Shown: in pieces, positions 55,020 through 64,000 of the stretch | How the letters are laid out: every line of letters starts with the position of its first letter | Numbering within the stretch: the stretch's first letter is position 1 | IMG/VR virus record: IMGVR_UViG_2681812969_000001 | Coordinates: 4,448 to 68,447 of that record | DNA: 64,000 nt | From: a virus | Reading direction: 5' to 3' (one strand) | Translations under genes and position numbers: made by a program | Notes under the pieces: generated by a model | Told to the model about the DNA's origin: nothing | Seen by the model: the letters and a program-made list of their open reading frames with translations, nothing else | Databases searched by the model: none

Positions 55020-55335
55020 GTGGCTTGCGCTGACCGACCGGCCGATCCGGCAGTAGCTGAGGGTCCGCCACGAACTCGCGGAACGCGGGGAACGGCCGGA
55101 ACTTCGGCGCCCGCGTCGGCGGGATCACCAGGCCCTCACCCTTCCGCGGGTTCCTGCCCACCCGCGCAGCCTTCTCGACCCGCTCGAACGAACCGAACGC
55201 CGCCACGCTCACTGTCCCGCCCGCCGCGACCTCACGGACCACGACGTCGAAGAACACCTCCAACACCCTGCGCGTGGTCGGCTCGTCGACCTCGGCGCGG
55301 GTCGAAACCGCCCGGATGGCCTGCTGCTTGTTCAC
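55000..55335 (-). CDS. HU-family histone-like DNA-binding protein
   Basis: VNKQQAI..V...FGSFERVEKAARVGRNP..GE..I..RAPKFRP. Confidence 0.9.
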   Translation of the reverse strand: MNKQQAIRAVSTRAEVDEPTTRRVLEVFFDVVVREVAAGGTVSVAAFGSFERVEKAARVGRNPRKGEGLVIPPTRAPKFRPFPAFREFVADPQLLPDRPVGQRKPRDRAAA

Positions 55336-55586
55336 TCCCCACCCCCACCATCGAGGGCGGCCTCGATGCGGTCGATGTAGGCCGCGATCCGGCGGGCGGC
55401 GATGTCCATCGGCGACCACCCGTGGTGGACCGCCCACATCGCTTCCGCGTTGACCATCGCGCCCTCCCATGAGCCGCACACACGGACGTGGCAGCCGGGG
55501 CAGTGCGCGACCCAACCATCCGGGGTCTTGTACACCATCGGGTTCTGCGCCCCGGGCGCGTCCGGGGGCGTCTTCGGGGCCGTCAC
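55332..55586 (-). CDS. Small hypothetical protein
   Basis: 84 aa with CxxC. Confidence 0.5.
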   Translation of the reverse strand: MTAPKTPPDAPGAQNPMVYKTPDGWVAHCPGCHVRVCGSWEGAMVNAEAMWAVHHGWSPMDIAARRIAAYIDRIEAALDGGGGE

Positions 55587-55920
55587 TGCGCGGCCCCCGT
55601 CGTCGTGTCGAGCATGCTCTGTGCCCTTTCATGTCGGCAGCCCGGCACCCCAACGGATCACCGGGCTTCTGTAAGCGATTCTGCTGGGTTTTCGGGAGCC
55701 GGAAGTCCACGTACACCTGACCGGCATGCGCGACAGTCCTGGGAGGCTCCCTGTAGCGAATTCGGGGGTATTTCAGGTCAGGCCCGGGATGCTCGTGAGT
55801 GCGCCGCCTCATGAAACCGGGACAAACGGCGCATACCCGACCTCGACATACCCGACGACGCCCACCCACACCGCGCGCACACGGCGACCCACCACAACAG
55901 GCCAGCCCGGAACACCCGCG

Positions 55921-56304
55921 TCACAAGACCTCCTCGACGAGCAGCAGCCGCAGATGCGGATCCACACGGTCCGGGGCCGTGATCACCGGCTCCGGCTTGC
56001 CCATGAACTCCGGGGTGTCATCCGGCACCACGCCCGCGTCAACCACCCCGTCACACACCGCCTTCAACGTGGCGACCAGGTTGTCCGTGTCCCGCCGCCT
56101 GCCGTCCCGCGGCGTGTACTCCAACTGCACCCGCACCCTCGACAGCGGCGGAACCCGCGCAGCCCGCACCAGCAGCCGCACATCCGACCGCACCCTGCGC
56201 GTCTCCCGAGCCCGCGCCGCCCAATGCTGACGCGCGTTCAACGACAACGGCGGCTTCACGTACGGCAACCGGATCCGCCACACCCGCGTCTGCGTCTTCG
56301 TCAC
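55921..56304 (-). CDS. rusA: RusA-like Holliday junction resolvase
   Basis: PPLSLN..RRRDTDNL..LKAVCDG.VDAGVVPDD. Confidence 0.85.
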   Translation of the reverse strand: MTKTQTRVWRIRLPYVKPPLSLNARQHWAARARETRRVRSDVRLLVRAARVPPLSRVRVQLEYTPRDGRRRDTDNLVATLKAVCDGVVDAGVVPDDTPEFMGKPEPVITAPDRVDPHLRLLLVEEVL

Positions 56305-56609
56305 GACGCGGCCCTCGCAGCGATCCCCGCGAGGGTCTCCGCCGCCGCCTCCCCGACCAGCCAAAGACCGGCATCGTCCTCCTCAACCGCCCACGCGATC
56401 GGCGGCACCGCGAGCACCCCAGCCCGGGCAGCGAGCCTGTGGAACTCCGGCAACGCTGCCGCCCGCAGCCTCGCCAGCGTCCACGAATCATCCAGGACCG
56501 GCCACCGCACCCGCCACGACGCGGCGGGCTGCGTTCCATCCATGAAGTCACCCCTTTCTGGGCGCCACAACGGCGCCCCATCCCCGTCGATAGACACCAC
56601 CGCGATCAC
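56301..56609 (-). CDS. Hypothetical protein
   Basis: Coupled by overlaps. Confidence 0.45.
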   Translation of the reverse strand: MIAVVSIDGDGAPLWRPERGDFMDGTQPAASWRVRWPVLDDSWTLARLRAAALPEFHRLAARAGVLAVPPIAWAVEEDDAGLWLVGEAAAETLAGIAARAAS

Positions 56610-57862
56610 CGAGGCATCTGGTACACGTGCGCCAGATTCGGGTCACGAACCGGCTCCGCAGCGTCGTCCTCCCACGGCCACGACGTCCCCGGACGCAACC
56701 GCTTCGGCCACCCCCGCGACTCACGATCACCACGCCACCCGCTGAACGACACCACCCGCTCCTCAAGCGACGACCCGTCCGCCAACCGGATGCCGTAACC
56801 AAACTCCGGCCACCGAATCCACAACGAGGACCCCGTCGGCCGCAACGGACGCTCACCATTGCCCTGCGCATGCGGCGCGTGCGCCTCCGTCATCAACGCG
56901 CACGACGACGCGGCACGACACCGGTCGAGCACCTGCGAAACCTTCCGAGCAGGCTCTTCATCGTTCGGGTTCGCCGCGTGCAGCCGGTAGATCGGGCCCG
57001 TCACCAGAAGATCCGGCTGCAACGCCGTCACCCGACGTACCAGCCACAACTCGTCCTCCGGCTTCGTCAAGTCCAGCCCCGACGGGACCGTCTCCACCCA
57101 CATGTTCAGCTCCGGATCATGACCCGCCTGACGAGCCACAACCCGCAGCGACCGGAGCGCCCGCCGCAGCTTCGCCGGGCCGTTCTCGCAGTCCACGAGC
57201 AGCACACGCTGCGGCTCGAACCGGGCGTACGTGAACGGGTGCACACCCGCCGCGGCGCACACCGCGATCTGCCGGCACAGCACGCTCTTCCCGAGACCTT
57301 CACCGCCGGTCAGGATCAGCCGGTCACCGTGTTCGAGCAGGTCCGGGATGACCCAGTCGAACGGGTCGTCCTGCGTGTCGAGGAACTCCCCGAGCGTCTG
57401 GGTGGTGACCTCACCCGCCGACTCGATCCCATCCACGACGGCCTGGGCTGCGCCGGCGATCTTCGCTGCGAGGTCGTGAGGGTCTGCGTCTGGCTTCTCC
57501 GCGAGCTGCAACGCCCGAGCGCCGATGGCACCGAGCTTCCGGAGCCTGGCGTGCCTGGCCACGATGTCCAGCGCGTACCCGGGATCACCGAACCCGAACT
57601 CGGTGACCCCGGTCACTGACGCGGCGCCACCGGCGCGTCCGAGGGTCCCGCGTTTCGTCATCTCATCGATGACGGACAGTGCCGAGACGTCCTCGCCGCG
57701 GACGTGGAGTCCCTGGACGGCTTCGGCGATCTGCCGGTGCGGCGGGGTGAGGTCTTCGACGCGGATGGTTTCCCACACCGTTTCCCGGCATTCGGGCTTG
57801 GTGATGAGGCAGCCGGTGATGGTGGCTTCGGCCTTGATGAGTGCCGGGTCAGGCTGATTCAT
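56606..57862 (-). CDS. DnaB-like replicative helicase (DnaB N-domain + RecA-fold ATPase)
   Basis: AE..G.L..EDL..PH..I N-domain; DWVIP.LL..GDR..GGEGLGKS; VDCEN; GSS.W.RWPEFG. Confidence 0.82.
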   Translation of the reverse strand: MNQPDPALIKAEATITGCLITKPECRETVWETIRVEDLTPPHRQIAEAVQGLHVRGEDVSALSVIDEMTKRGTLGRAGGAASVTGVTEFGFGDPGYALDIVARHARLRKLGAIGARALQLAEKPDADPHDLAAKIAGAAQAVVDGIESAGEVTTQTLGEFLDTQDDPFDWVIPDLLEHGDRLILTGGEGLGKSVLCRQIAVCAAAGVHPFTYARFEPQRVLLVDCENGPAKLRRALRSLRVVARQAGHDPELNMWVETVPSGLDLTKPEDELWLVRRVTALQPDLLVTGPIYRLHAANPNDEEPARKVSQVLDRCRAASSCALMTEAHAPHAQGNGERPLRPTGSSLWIRWPEFGYGIRLADGSSLEERVVSFSGWRGDRESRGWPKRLRPGTSWPWEDDAAEPVRDPNLAHVYQMPR

Positions 57863-58686
57863 CGCAGGGCCTCCGGGATTTCATTGCCGTGCGCGTCGAT
57901 GTCGCGTCGCTGTCGGCCGTTGATGGAGCGGATGTTCGCGCCGGGGTTGAGCCAGCCTTTGGATTCGGCTTGTGCACGCAGGGTGGTGTATTTCTCCCGG
58001 AACTTCGCCATGGAGCGGATGTTCGCCCGCCAGAACTGGTCTTGGGTGGCGAACTCGATGATGCGTTCGATCTCGGGGAGTGGGTAGCCGTCGCTGGTGG
58101 TGAGGAGCCGGGCGGCGTCGAGGTTGCCCTTGTTGCGTGCTGGCTTCTGGTGGCGGTTGGCGGTGACGCGGGCGTCGAGGAGGTCGAGGATGCGGGCGGC
58201 GTCGGGACGAAGTTCCGACTTCTTCTCCCCTTCTCCCCTTCTCCCCTTCTCCCCTTCTCCAAGGGCAACATTTGCTTGAGGCCTCACTGAGTCCTCAGTG
58301 AGGCCGTCGTGATGACTCACTGAGACGGCATTGTCGCTGGTGGGGAGGGGATAGCGGCTCTCGGTAGGCCGATTGATCTTCTGATGTGTTTTCCACGACG
58401 TGATGTGGAGAAAACGGCGCCCGTCGACTTCGTAGCGGGTGATCTGACCGTGCTTTGAGAGGTGCGTGAGTGCCGATTGAACCCTCAGTGAGGGCTCACG
58501 GAGGCTTCCGTGAGCATCCATGTCGAGGGAGAACAGGTCCGCGACGATCATCCGCTCGTCGTCCCGGCCGACGCCGTTGTCATCGACGTAGGACCACAAC
58601 CCGATGAAAATCAGCCTCGTGTGCCAGTCCATGGCCGCTACATCCTCAGACCTCCAGAATTCCGGCCGGATGCTTCGGATGCGCAT
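57859..58686 (-). CDS. Phage replication initiator (RepA/O-like)
   Basis: MRIRSIRPEFW..RL.FIGLWSYVDDNG; W..HQKINRP; C-terminal D.FW..NI.SM.KFR.KY..LR. Confidence 0.82.
   Translation of the reverse strand: MRIRSIRPEFWRSEDVAAMDWHTRLIFIGLWSYVDDNGVGRDDERMIVADLFSLDMDAHGSLREPSLRVQSALTHLSKHGQITRYEVDGRRFLHITSWKTHQKINRPTESRYPLPTSDNAVSVSHHDGLTEDSVRPQANVALGEGEKGRRGEGEKKSELRPDAARILDLLDARVTANRHQKPARNKGNLDAARLLTTSDGYPLPEIERIIEFATQDQFWRANIRSMAKFREKYTTLRAQAESKGWLNPGANIRSINGRQRRDIDAHGNEIPEALR
58223..58503. repeat. Putative replication origin iterons inside the initiator gene
   Basis: (TTCTCCCC)x4.75 at 58223-58260; inverted repeat GGCCTCACTGAG-TC-CTCAGTGAGGCC at 58280-58305; further CTCA(C/G)TGAG copies at 58316 and 58484. 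Confidence 0.6.
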
Positions 58687-58728
58687 TCTGACTACCTCCC
58701 TTCTGCCCCTCTAGTTCCTCGTCTCTGG

Positions 58729-58920
58729 TCACCGCCAGGACCAGTTGGTTACCCATTCGTGTGAACAGCGGCGGCACCGGTATGCGGCGGCGAATCCTGT
58801 CTGTTCCGTGGTGATCAGACGTTGCGGTGTTTCCAGCGACGTGATGCATTTCGGGCACCGGTCTTCGCGGCGCATCGGGTCGTTCCAGTAGTCGTCGCTG
58901 TTGTCTATGGCGTGGTCCAC
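58729..58920 (-). CDS. Small zinc-finger protein
   Basis: CPKC..YRCRRCSHEW; GAGGAGG RBS. Confidence 0.6.
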   Translation of the reverse strand: MDHAIDNSDDYWNDPMRREDRCPKCITSLETPQRLITTEQTGFAAAYRCRRCSHEWVTNWSWR

Positions 58921-59062
58921 GGGTCCTCCTCGGGGGATGAGTGAGGGCCACCCGCCCGTGTTGGGGGGTGGCCCTTGATGTGGGTGGCGGCGCACCGCTG
59001 GCATGGGTCGCCGGGTGTGTCTGTGAGCCGGGCGGCGATTGCCGCGCGGCACTCCGTGCAGG

Positions 59063-59332
59063 TCACGTGTGTCCGCCGAGTGGAAGTGGTGGGGTGCCGT
59101 ACTCGTCGAGGTCGTCGGGGATGGCACTCGGGTACAGCCGGTCGATGACTTCCGCGATGAGCCGTGTCTTGGTGCGGTCGTCGAGGTTGAACGTGGCGTC
59201 GCGGGAGCCGGTGATCCGGTCGGCGGCGTCAAGGACGTCCTCGTGGCAGTCGCCGAGGCCGTGCAGGAAGCAGCAGTGCCCGTCGTGCAAGGCGAGCTTG
59301 GGTGCGATCCAGCAGGAACAAGGGCGGTCCAT
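59063..59332 (-). CDS. Small Cys/His-rich protein
   Basis: PCSC..HDGHCC..CH. Confidence 0.55.
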   Translation of the reverse strand: MDRPCSCWIAPKLALHDGHCCFLHGLGDCHEDVLDAADRITGSRDATFNLDDRTKTRLIAEVIDRLYPSAIPDDLDEYGTPPLPLGGHT

Positions 59333-59350
59333 CGGGGTCTCCCTCGGTGG

Positions 59351-60913
59351 TCAGTTCAGGGCGGCGGCGACCGCGCCGACGATGTCCCTCGCCGTCGGCG
59401 GTGTGACGGCGTTTCCCGCTAAGCGGGTACGCTCGCGACGTGTCCCGGCCCACTCGTAGGTGGTCGGGAACGCCATCGCTCGGGCGGCTTCGGACGGCTC
59501 AAGCATCCGGAACAAGCAGTCGTCGATCTGCGCGTTCGCGGCCTCGATGTCGCCTGGCGTGATGAGCGATTGGTGGCCTGCCGTGGTGACGGTCCGCATC
59601 ACTTCATGGGCCGGTGTGGTCATCTCGTCGCCGCCGCTGTTGTTCCGCATCACGAGGGCGTGGTGGTTCCCGGATGCGGTGACTGTGGAGAGCGCCGACT
59701 CGACGGACCGGGCGTCAGAACCGCCACCGCGTAGTTCAGCGATGAACGGCGTCACGACGGCTGTTTCCAGTCGGGTCGTCTGCGTCCGCATCGGTTCACC
59801 GGCGGCACGGGCATGCTTCCCTTCGCGGCCTTCCACGGGCACGATGAGCGCCTTGGACTCCACGGTGTGGATGGTGCGCAGCTGGTCGCTGACGGGCCAC
59901 ACCCGGTAGTACGAGTTCGGGTCGCCGTAGCGCGCGTGCTTCGGGTTCGACGCGTCGTAGGTGTTGCCCGCGGCTTCCAGGTGAAGCGGAACGGCCAGTC
60001 CTATATGGTTTCCCGACGCCGCGACCGTCGCCGAAGGCTCATCCAATGACGGTGCACGCCAGTAGCGGGCGATCCCGGCGGCGATCCGAGCGCGGGTCTT
60101 GTCCGCGAGGGGATTGTCGCGGTCCCCGATCCTCTTCCCGGGAATCGACCAGTCGATCGCCGTGTATGCGGGCAGCCAGCCGGGCTCGACCAGCGCACCG
60201 CACCGCGCAGTACTGCACACGAACACGTACTGCGCGCGGTACCGGCCGGCCGTGCGGCCGTTCTTCCACGACTTCCGGGTCTCCACCAGACGGTCACATG
60301 ACGGGCACCACGCCCGCGGACGTTGGATCGCGTCCAGGTCGGGGCGCCGGTCACCCTTGCGCCAGAACACGGCGTAGAACCGGTCCCGCGACTGCGGAGC
60401 CGGGAGGCCCGCGTGCTGCGCGTGCATCGAGTTGATCGACAGCACCTCGTGGTCGTAGCCGAGGGAGTCCATCGCCAGGAGCCACGCTCGGTACGGGAGC
60501 CACTTCATTACGTCGAGGACGTTCTCGACGATCACGGCCCGGTACCGGTGGTGTTCGGAGTACCGGACGACGTCCCACATGGTGGCGCGTGACCGTTCCG
60601 CGGCCTCGTCGGGGAGGATCTCGCCGAATAGGTCGGGCTGCCCGTCGATGACGCGACGCGCTTTGCCTTGCGCGATGGAGTGGTGCGTGCACGACGGGGA
60701 CAGCCACGCGATGTCGGTGCGCGGCACCAACCGCGGGTCGTACTGTGAGATGTCGGCTTGGATGTGTAGCGCGTTCTGGTGGTTGGCGTTGTGGACGTCG
60801 ACGGCGAGTTTCCAGTGGTTCGCGGCGACCTTCACCTCGACGCCGGGGACAGCGATGGCGCCGGTCGAGCTGCCGCCGGCCCCGCAGAAGAAGTCAGTCA
60901 GGGTCACGGTCAC
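59351..60913 (-). CDS. C5 cytosine DNA methyltransferase
   Basis: DFFCGAGG (motif I), SPSC (IV), VENV (VI), PQSRDR (VIII), RML..E..MAFP..GNAV (IX/X). Confidence 0.92.
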   Translation of the reverse strand: MTVTLTDFFCGAGGSSTGAIAVPGVEVKVAANHWKLAVDVHNANHQNALHIQADISQYDPRLVPRTDIAWLSPSCTHHSIAQGKARRVIDGQPDLFGEILPDEAAERSRATMWDVVRYSEHHRYRAVIVENVLDVMKWLPYRAWLLAMDSLGYDHEVLSINSMHAQHAGLPAPQSRDRFYAVFWRKGDRRPDLDAIQRPRAWCPSCDRLVETRKSWKNGRTAGRYRAQYVFVCSTARCGALVEPGWLPAYTAIDWSIPGKRIGDRDNPLADKTRARIAAGIARYWRAPSLDEPSATVAASGNHIGLAVPLHLEAAGNTYDASNPKHARYGDPNSYYRVWPVSDQLRTIHTVESKALIVPVEGREGKHARAAGEPMRTQTTRLETAVVTPFIAELRGGGSDARSVESALSTVTASGNHHALVMRNNSGGDEMTTPAHEVMRTVTTAGHQSLITPGDIEAANAQIDDCLFRMLEPSEAARAMAFPTTYEWAGTRRERTRLAGNAVTPPTARDIVGAVAAALN

Positions 60914-61096
60914 GCGTGTGTCTCCTGGGGGTGTGGGAGCGGCCCGCCACGACGGTTCGTGACGGGCCGCTCGGGCTAGGTAAGGTAGTGGGGAACTGCG
61001 CAGGCCGCTCAACGGCCGTAGGCGGCCGCGATGGCGTCCCAGATGTAGTTCGTCACGAACCGTCGCATGGCGGGTTGTCCTCTCGTTCGTCGCTGG

Positions 61097-61357
61097 TCAT
61101 GCCGCGTTTCCTCGTTTGAGGCGGCGCCGTTCCCGCTCGGACGTGCCGCCCCAGATGCCGAAGCGTTCGTCGTGGGCGAGGGCGTATTCGAGGCATTCGG
61201 TGCGGACGGTGCAGGCGGCGCAGACGCGTTTGGCTTGGCTGGTGCCGCCGCCTTTGTCTGGGAAGAACTCTTCTGGGTCGGTTTGTGCGCAGAGGGCGGA
61301 GTCTCGCCAGTTGGCGTCGTCTGCGGCGAGGTCGGGCAGGTACAGGTCGATGCGCAT
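61097..61357 (-). CDS. whiB: WhiB family transcription factor (WhiB2-like)
   Basis: WRD.ALCAQTDPE.FFP.KGG..AKRVC..C.VR.ECLEYAL..DERFGIWGG.SERERR. Confidence 0.95.
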   Translation of the reverse strand: MRIDLYLPDLAADDANWRDSALCAQTDPEEFFPDKGGGTSQAKRVCAACTVRTECLEYALAHDERFGIWGGTSERERRRLKRGNAA

Positions 61358-61369
61358 TGTGTCGCTTCC

Positions 61370-61657
61370 TTAGAACAAGACCATGGTGTTGTGGCAGTTG
61401 CAGCGGCAGCGGAGCCGGTGCGGGCCGGGGCACGCGCCGAGGTCGTGGCTGGGTGGTTCGACGCCGTCGGCTTGCCAGCACTTCGCGTGGCTGGGGTCTC
61501 TGGTCGGGGCGTCGCATTGGCCGGTGATGATGCACGGCGTGACGTGGTGGCCGTCGATGGTGTCGGGCGCTATGACGGGCCCGGCGGTGCACTTCGGGAG
61601 GCTCTTGCGTCCGCCGCTGGTGACGATTTGTGTCGGGTGGTTGATCCAGTCGCCCAC
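61370..61657 (-). CDS. Cys/His-rich hypothetical protein
   Basis: GTG at 61657 with GGGAG RBS; ends CRCNCH. Confidence 0.5.
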   Translation of the reverse strand: MGDWINHPTQIVTSGGRKSLPKCTAGPVIAPDTIDGHHVTPCIITGQCDAPTRDPSHAKCWQADGVEPPSHDLGACPGPHRLRCRCNCHNTMVLF

Positions 61658-61743
61658 GTGGCTGCTCCCGTGTGGTGGCGCGCCGCGGGGCCGGTCCTGC
61701 GTGTTCGGTCCGCAGGTGTCCGGCCCCGCTGTGGCGTGCTGGG

Positions 61744-61920
61744 TTAGAAGGGTCGGTTGTCGTCTTCGTCTGTGGTGGGGCGGTGGCGGATGGTGATGGT
61801 GGTGGTGCCGTCGCGGTCCCAGTCGGTGTGGGCGACGAGTCCGGGGCCGAGTTGGAGCCGGTAGCGGCCCGCCCCCGGGTCTTGTGGGGTGGGGGCGGGC
61901 CGTTCGACGGTGGCGGTCAT
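61744..61920 (-). CDS. Small hypothetical protein
   Basis: 58 aa, hand-translated; ATGA overlap with the RecT-like gene stop. Confidence 0.45.
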   Translation of the reverse strand: MTATVERPAPTPQDPGAGRYRLQLGPGLVAHTDWDRDGTTTITIRHRPTTDEDDNRPF

Positions 61921-62864
61921 TGCTCGTCTCCGTCGCTGGTCTGGTCTTCGGTGAGTGCGGCGAGGACGAGGTCGGCTTCGCTGCCGGTGAGGTCGCCGGC
62001 GGTGGCATCGCGGCCGAGGACGTCGCGCAGGTAGGAGGCGCGGCGTTCCTTGCCGGTGTTGGTGCGGGCGGAGTCGGTGAAGACCTCGTCGAAGGCGGCG
62101 CCGATGCGGGCGAGCTGGTCGCGGCTGGCGGGCTCGTCAGTGGTGACGGTGACTTCGCCGGTGGTGGTGTCCACGGTCTCCCGCTGCTGTTCGGGTTCGG
62201 CCCGGGGGGCGTCGTGGACGATGCGGGTGTTGGTGAGGGAGTCGAGGGTGACGGGCTTGCGGCCGGTGCCGGGCCCGGAGGGTCGGGACTCGCCCCGCTC
62301 GATCTCCATCTCCTCAACGGTGTAGATGCCGTTCAGGGTGTCGGGGGCGATCTTGCGGCTCACCTCGGAGACGGCCTTGGCGTAGAGCATGGCCTGCGGG
62401 TCGGACTGGTACTTGTCGTTCTTGGTGTACCCGGCCTTCTTCGCGCGGGCGTAGTCCCAGTCGCCTTCTTCGATGGTGTCGCTGCCGCGGCGGCGTCCCT
62501 GGACGATGACGCGGTCGTCGGTGGAGGACACGGTCCACAGTTCGTGGCCGTCGCGCAGGACGAGGGCGGCCATCATGCGGGCGTACATGCTGGTGGTGCC
62601 GTGGACGTTGTAGAGGCCGCGGAGTGCGTTGATGGGGTCGAGGCCGAGGGACGCGCCGAACATGATGGCGGCGGCGCCTTCCTGCGGTTTGCCGCGGAAG
62701 TGGGCGGGGACGATGCCGGTGGCGCAGAGGACTTTCGCGAGTTCGTAGGCGTCGTGCATCTGGAGGGCGGCTTCGCGGATGAGTGAGCCGCCGGTGGGCC
62801 GGTTGGTGGTGACGGCGGCGATGGTCTGCTCGTTGGGCTGGTAGGTGTCGAGGTCGGTGCTCAC
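61917..62864 (-). CDS. RecT-like ssDNA-annealing protein
   Basis: LA..LC.T.IVP.HFRGKP..AAAI.FG..LGL.P..AL..V.G..Y..DP.AMLYA.A..V.R..APD.L.G.Y..EE; paired with the RecE-like gene. Confidence 0.78.
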   Translation of the reverse strand: MSTDLDTYQPNEQTIAAVTTNRPTGGSLIREAALQMHDAYELAKVLCATGIVPAHFRGKPQEGAAAIMFGASLGLDPINALRGLYNVHGTTSMYARMMAALVLRDGHELWTVSSTDDRVIVQGRRRGSDTIEEGDWDYARAKKAGYTKNDKYQSDPQAMLYAKAVSEVSRKIAPDTLNGIYTVEEMEIERGESRPSGPGTGRKPVTLDSLTNTRIVHDAPRAEPEQQRETVDTTTGEVTVTTDEPASRDQLARIGAAFDEVFTDSARTNTGKERRASYLRDVLGRDATAGDLTGSEADLVLAALTEDQTSDGDEQ

Positions 62865-63694
62865 GGGGTGTCTCCTTCGGTGAGGGCCCACCTTGGTAGG
62901 CGGATGGTGCGGATGATTTGGTCGGTGTAGCCGGGCCACGTGTCATTGCGCTGGCAGGTGGCGAGGGTGGTGAGTGCGTCGCGGTACCGGGCGCGGCCGG
63001 CGGCGGTGGAGTCGTCGTCGTATTCGTCGATGGAGACGAGGTGTGGGGCGTCTTTCTCGACCACGACGAACAGGAACCGCACGTCGTCCTCGCCGGTGAT
63101 CCGGCGCCAGGCGTCGGTGTAGAACGCGGCTTGGACGTGGTAGCCGTAGCGGGCTGACCCGTTGGCGAACCCGTCGGGGTCGGCGCTCGATGCGGTGGTC
63201 TTGACGTCGATGAGGAGCCGCGTGCCGTCGGGGAGTTCCCCGGCCCGGTCGATGAGTGCCTTGCAGTTGATCCCGGTTTCCTCGTCGGTCCAAAACAGGG
63301 CGACTTCGGAGTCGCCGGGGAGCGCGAGGAGCTGGGACGCGAACGGGTGGGCGAGGACGGCTTGGGCGCACGCGGCGGCCTGGTCGTAGTGGGCCGCGAG
63401 TAGCGGGGCCTTTCCGGCTGCCCGGGCGGTCTTGACGGCGTCCTTGTAGGCGTTGGTGCGGCGGTCGGGGAAGTCGAGGCGTGCGATATCGGCGCCGCGG
63501 CCGAGGATCATGGCGTGGACGACGTGCCCGAAGTCGAACGCGTCCCGTGGGGGTTCGGGGTGGTCGAGTGCCCATTTGTAGCGGGCTGGGCAGTCGAGGA
63601 TGCGTTTGAGGGAGGTTTGGGACACGGCGGGGACGGCCCGGTAGTCCGGGTCGGGCATGCCGGTCACGACCCGCGCCGTGGCGGTATCGGTCAT
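62861..63694 (-). CDS. RecE-like (exonuclease VIII, PD-(D/E)XK) exonuclease
   Basis: SQTSLK..CPA.Y..FDFG..VH..E..FW..CKALID..IDVKT..YGYHVQAAFY..FVVVEK.AP. Confidence 0.9.
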   Translation of the reverse strand: MTDTATARVVTGMPDPDYRAVPAVSQTSLKRILDCPARYKWALDHPEPPRDAFDFGHVVHAMILGRGADIARLDFPDRRTNAYKDAVKTARAAGKAPLLAAHYDQAAACAQAVLAHPFASQLLALPGDSEVALFWTDEETGINCKALIDRAGELPDGTRLLIDVKTTASSADPDGFANGSARYGYHVQAAFYTDAWRRITGEDDVRFLFVVVEKDAPHLVSIDEYDDDSTAAGRARYRDALTTLATCQRNDTWPGYTDQIIRTIRLPRWALTEGDTP

Positions 63695-63876
63695 TGGTTC
63701 GCCGCGATGTAGAGGAGCAGGGCCAGTCCGGTCAGGGCCACCGCGGCTGCGGAGGTCGCGGCCATGACCGCTCGGTCGATGGGGCGTTTCTTGCGGATGA
63801 GGTTGATCGTGGAGAGCCCGAGCAGGAACGCGAACGTGGTGATGGTGACCCCGATGGTCCACACGGTGGGGTTCAT
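63691..63876 (-). CDS. Small two-TM membrane protein
   Basis: AAGGAG RBS; two hydrophobic helices. Confidence 0.6.
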   Translation of the reverse strand: MNPTVWTIGVTITTFAFLLGLSTINLIRKKRPIDRAVMAATSAAAVALTGLALLLYIAANQ

Positions 63877-64000
63877 CGGTTCTCCTTGTCCTGTCCCCAC
63901 GGGTCGGGTTTGGCTGCCGGGGGTGGGTCGTTGCGGGTGAGCCAGTCCCATTCGGCGGCGGCGGCGCGTTCGTCGAATGCGCGGTCGGCTCGGTCGTCCC

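Noticed and set aside
1..64000. Numerous long plus-strand and alternative-frame ORFs in the track
   Set aside because: Arg/Pro/Gly-rich shadows of high-GC minus-strand genes with no recognisable motifs; the minus-strand genes tile the window with coupled overlaps.
1..64000. Integrase, immunity repressor, relaxase, VirD4 coupling protein, tRNA genes
   Set aside because: Looked for but no supporting motifs recognised; they may lie outside the window.

Overview
The window is a ~64 kb stretch of a high-GC actinobacterial siphovirus or prophage. Essentially all genes lie on the minus strand, many coupled by ATGA/GTGA overlaps. Reading from 64000 towards 1: (1) recombination/replication genes (RecE-like exonuclease, RecT-like protein, WhiB, C5 DNA methyltransferase, replication initiator with iteron-like repeats, DnaB-like helicase, RusA, HU); (2) an unexpected Gram-positive T4SS/conjugation-like module (pilin-like, VirB3-like, VirB4-like ATPase, VirB6-like, VirB8/TcpC-like, cell-wall hydrolase) followed by an 8-bp repeat cluster, with no relaxase or coupling protein visible; (3) accessory genes, including secreted glycanase and esterase, a thermonuclease and a DUF5565-like RNA ligase; (4) papain-like protease, HNH, a split terminase with a class 3 intein, and a full head-neck-tail module; (5) several tail-appendage genes sharing a ~40-aa motif, interleaved with the lysis cassette; (6) a >=1473-aa ORF missing from the supplied ORF track, running off the left edge, that strings together GH16, GH46 chitosanase, BSP-type metallopeptidase, PL7 lyase and esterase domains. 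No integrase, repressor or att site is recognisable in the window. All family assignments come from motif recognition by eye, not database searches.
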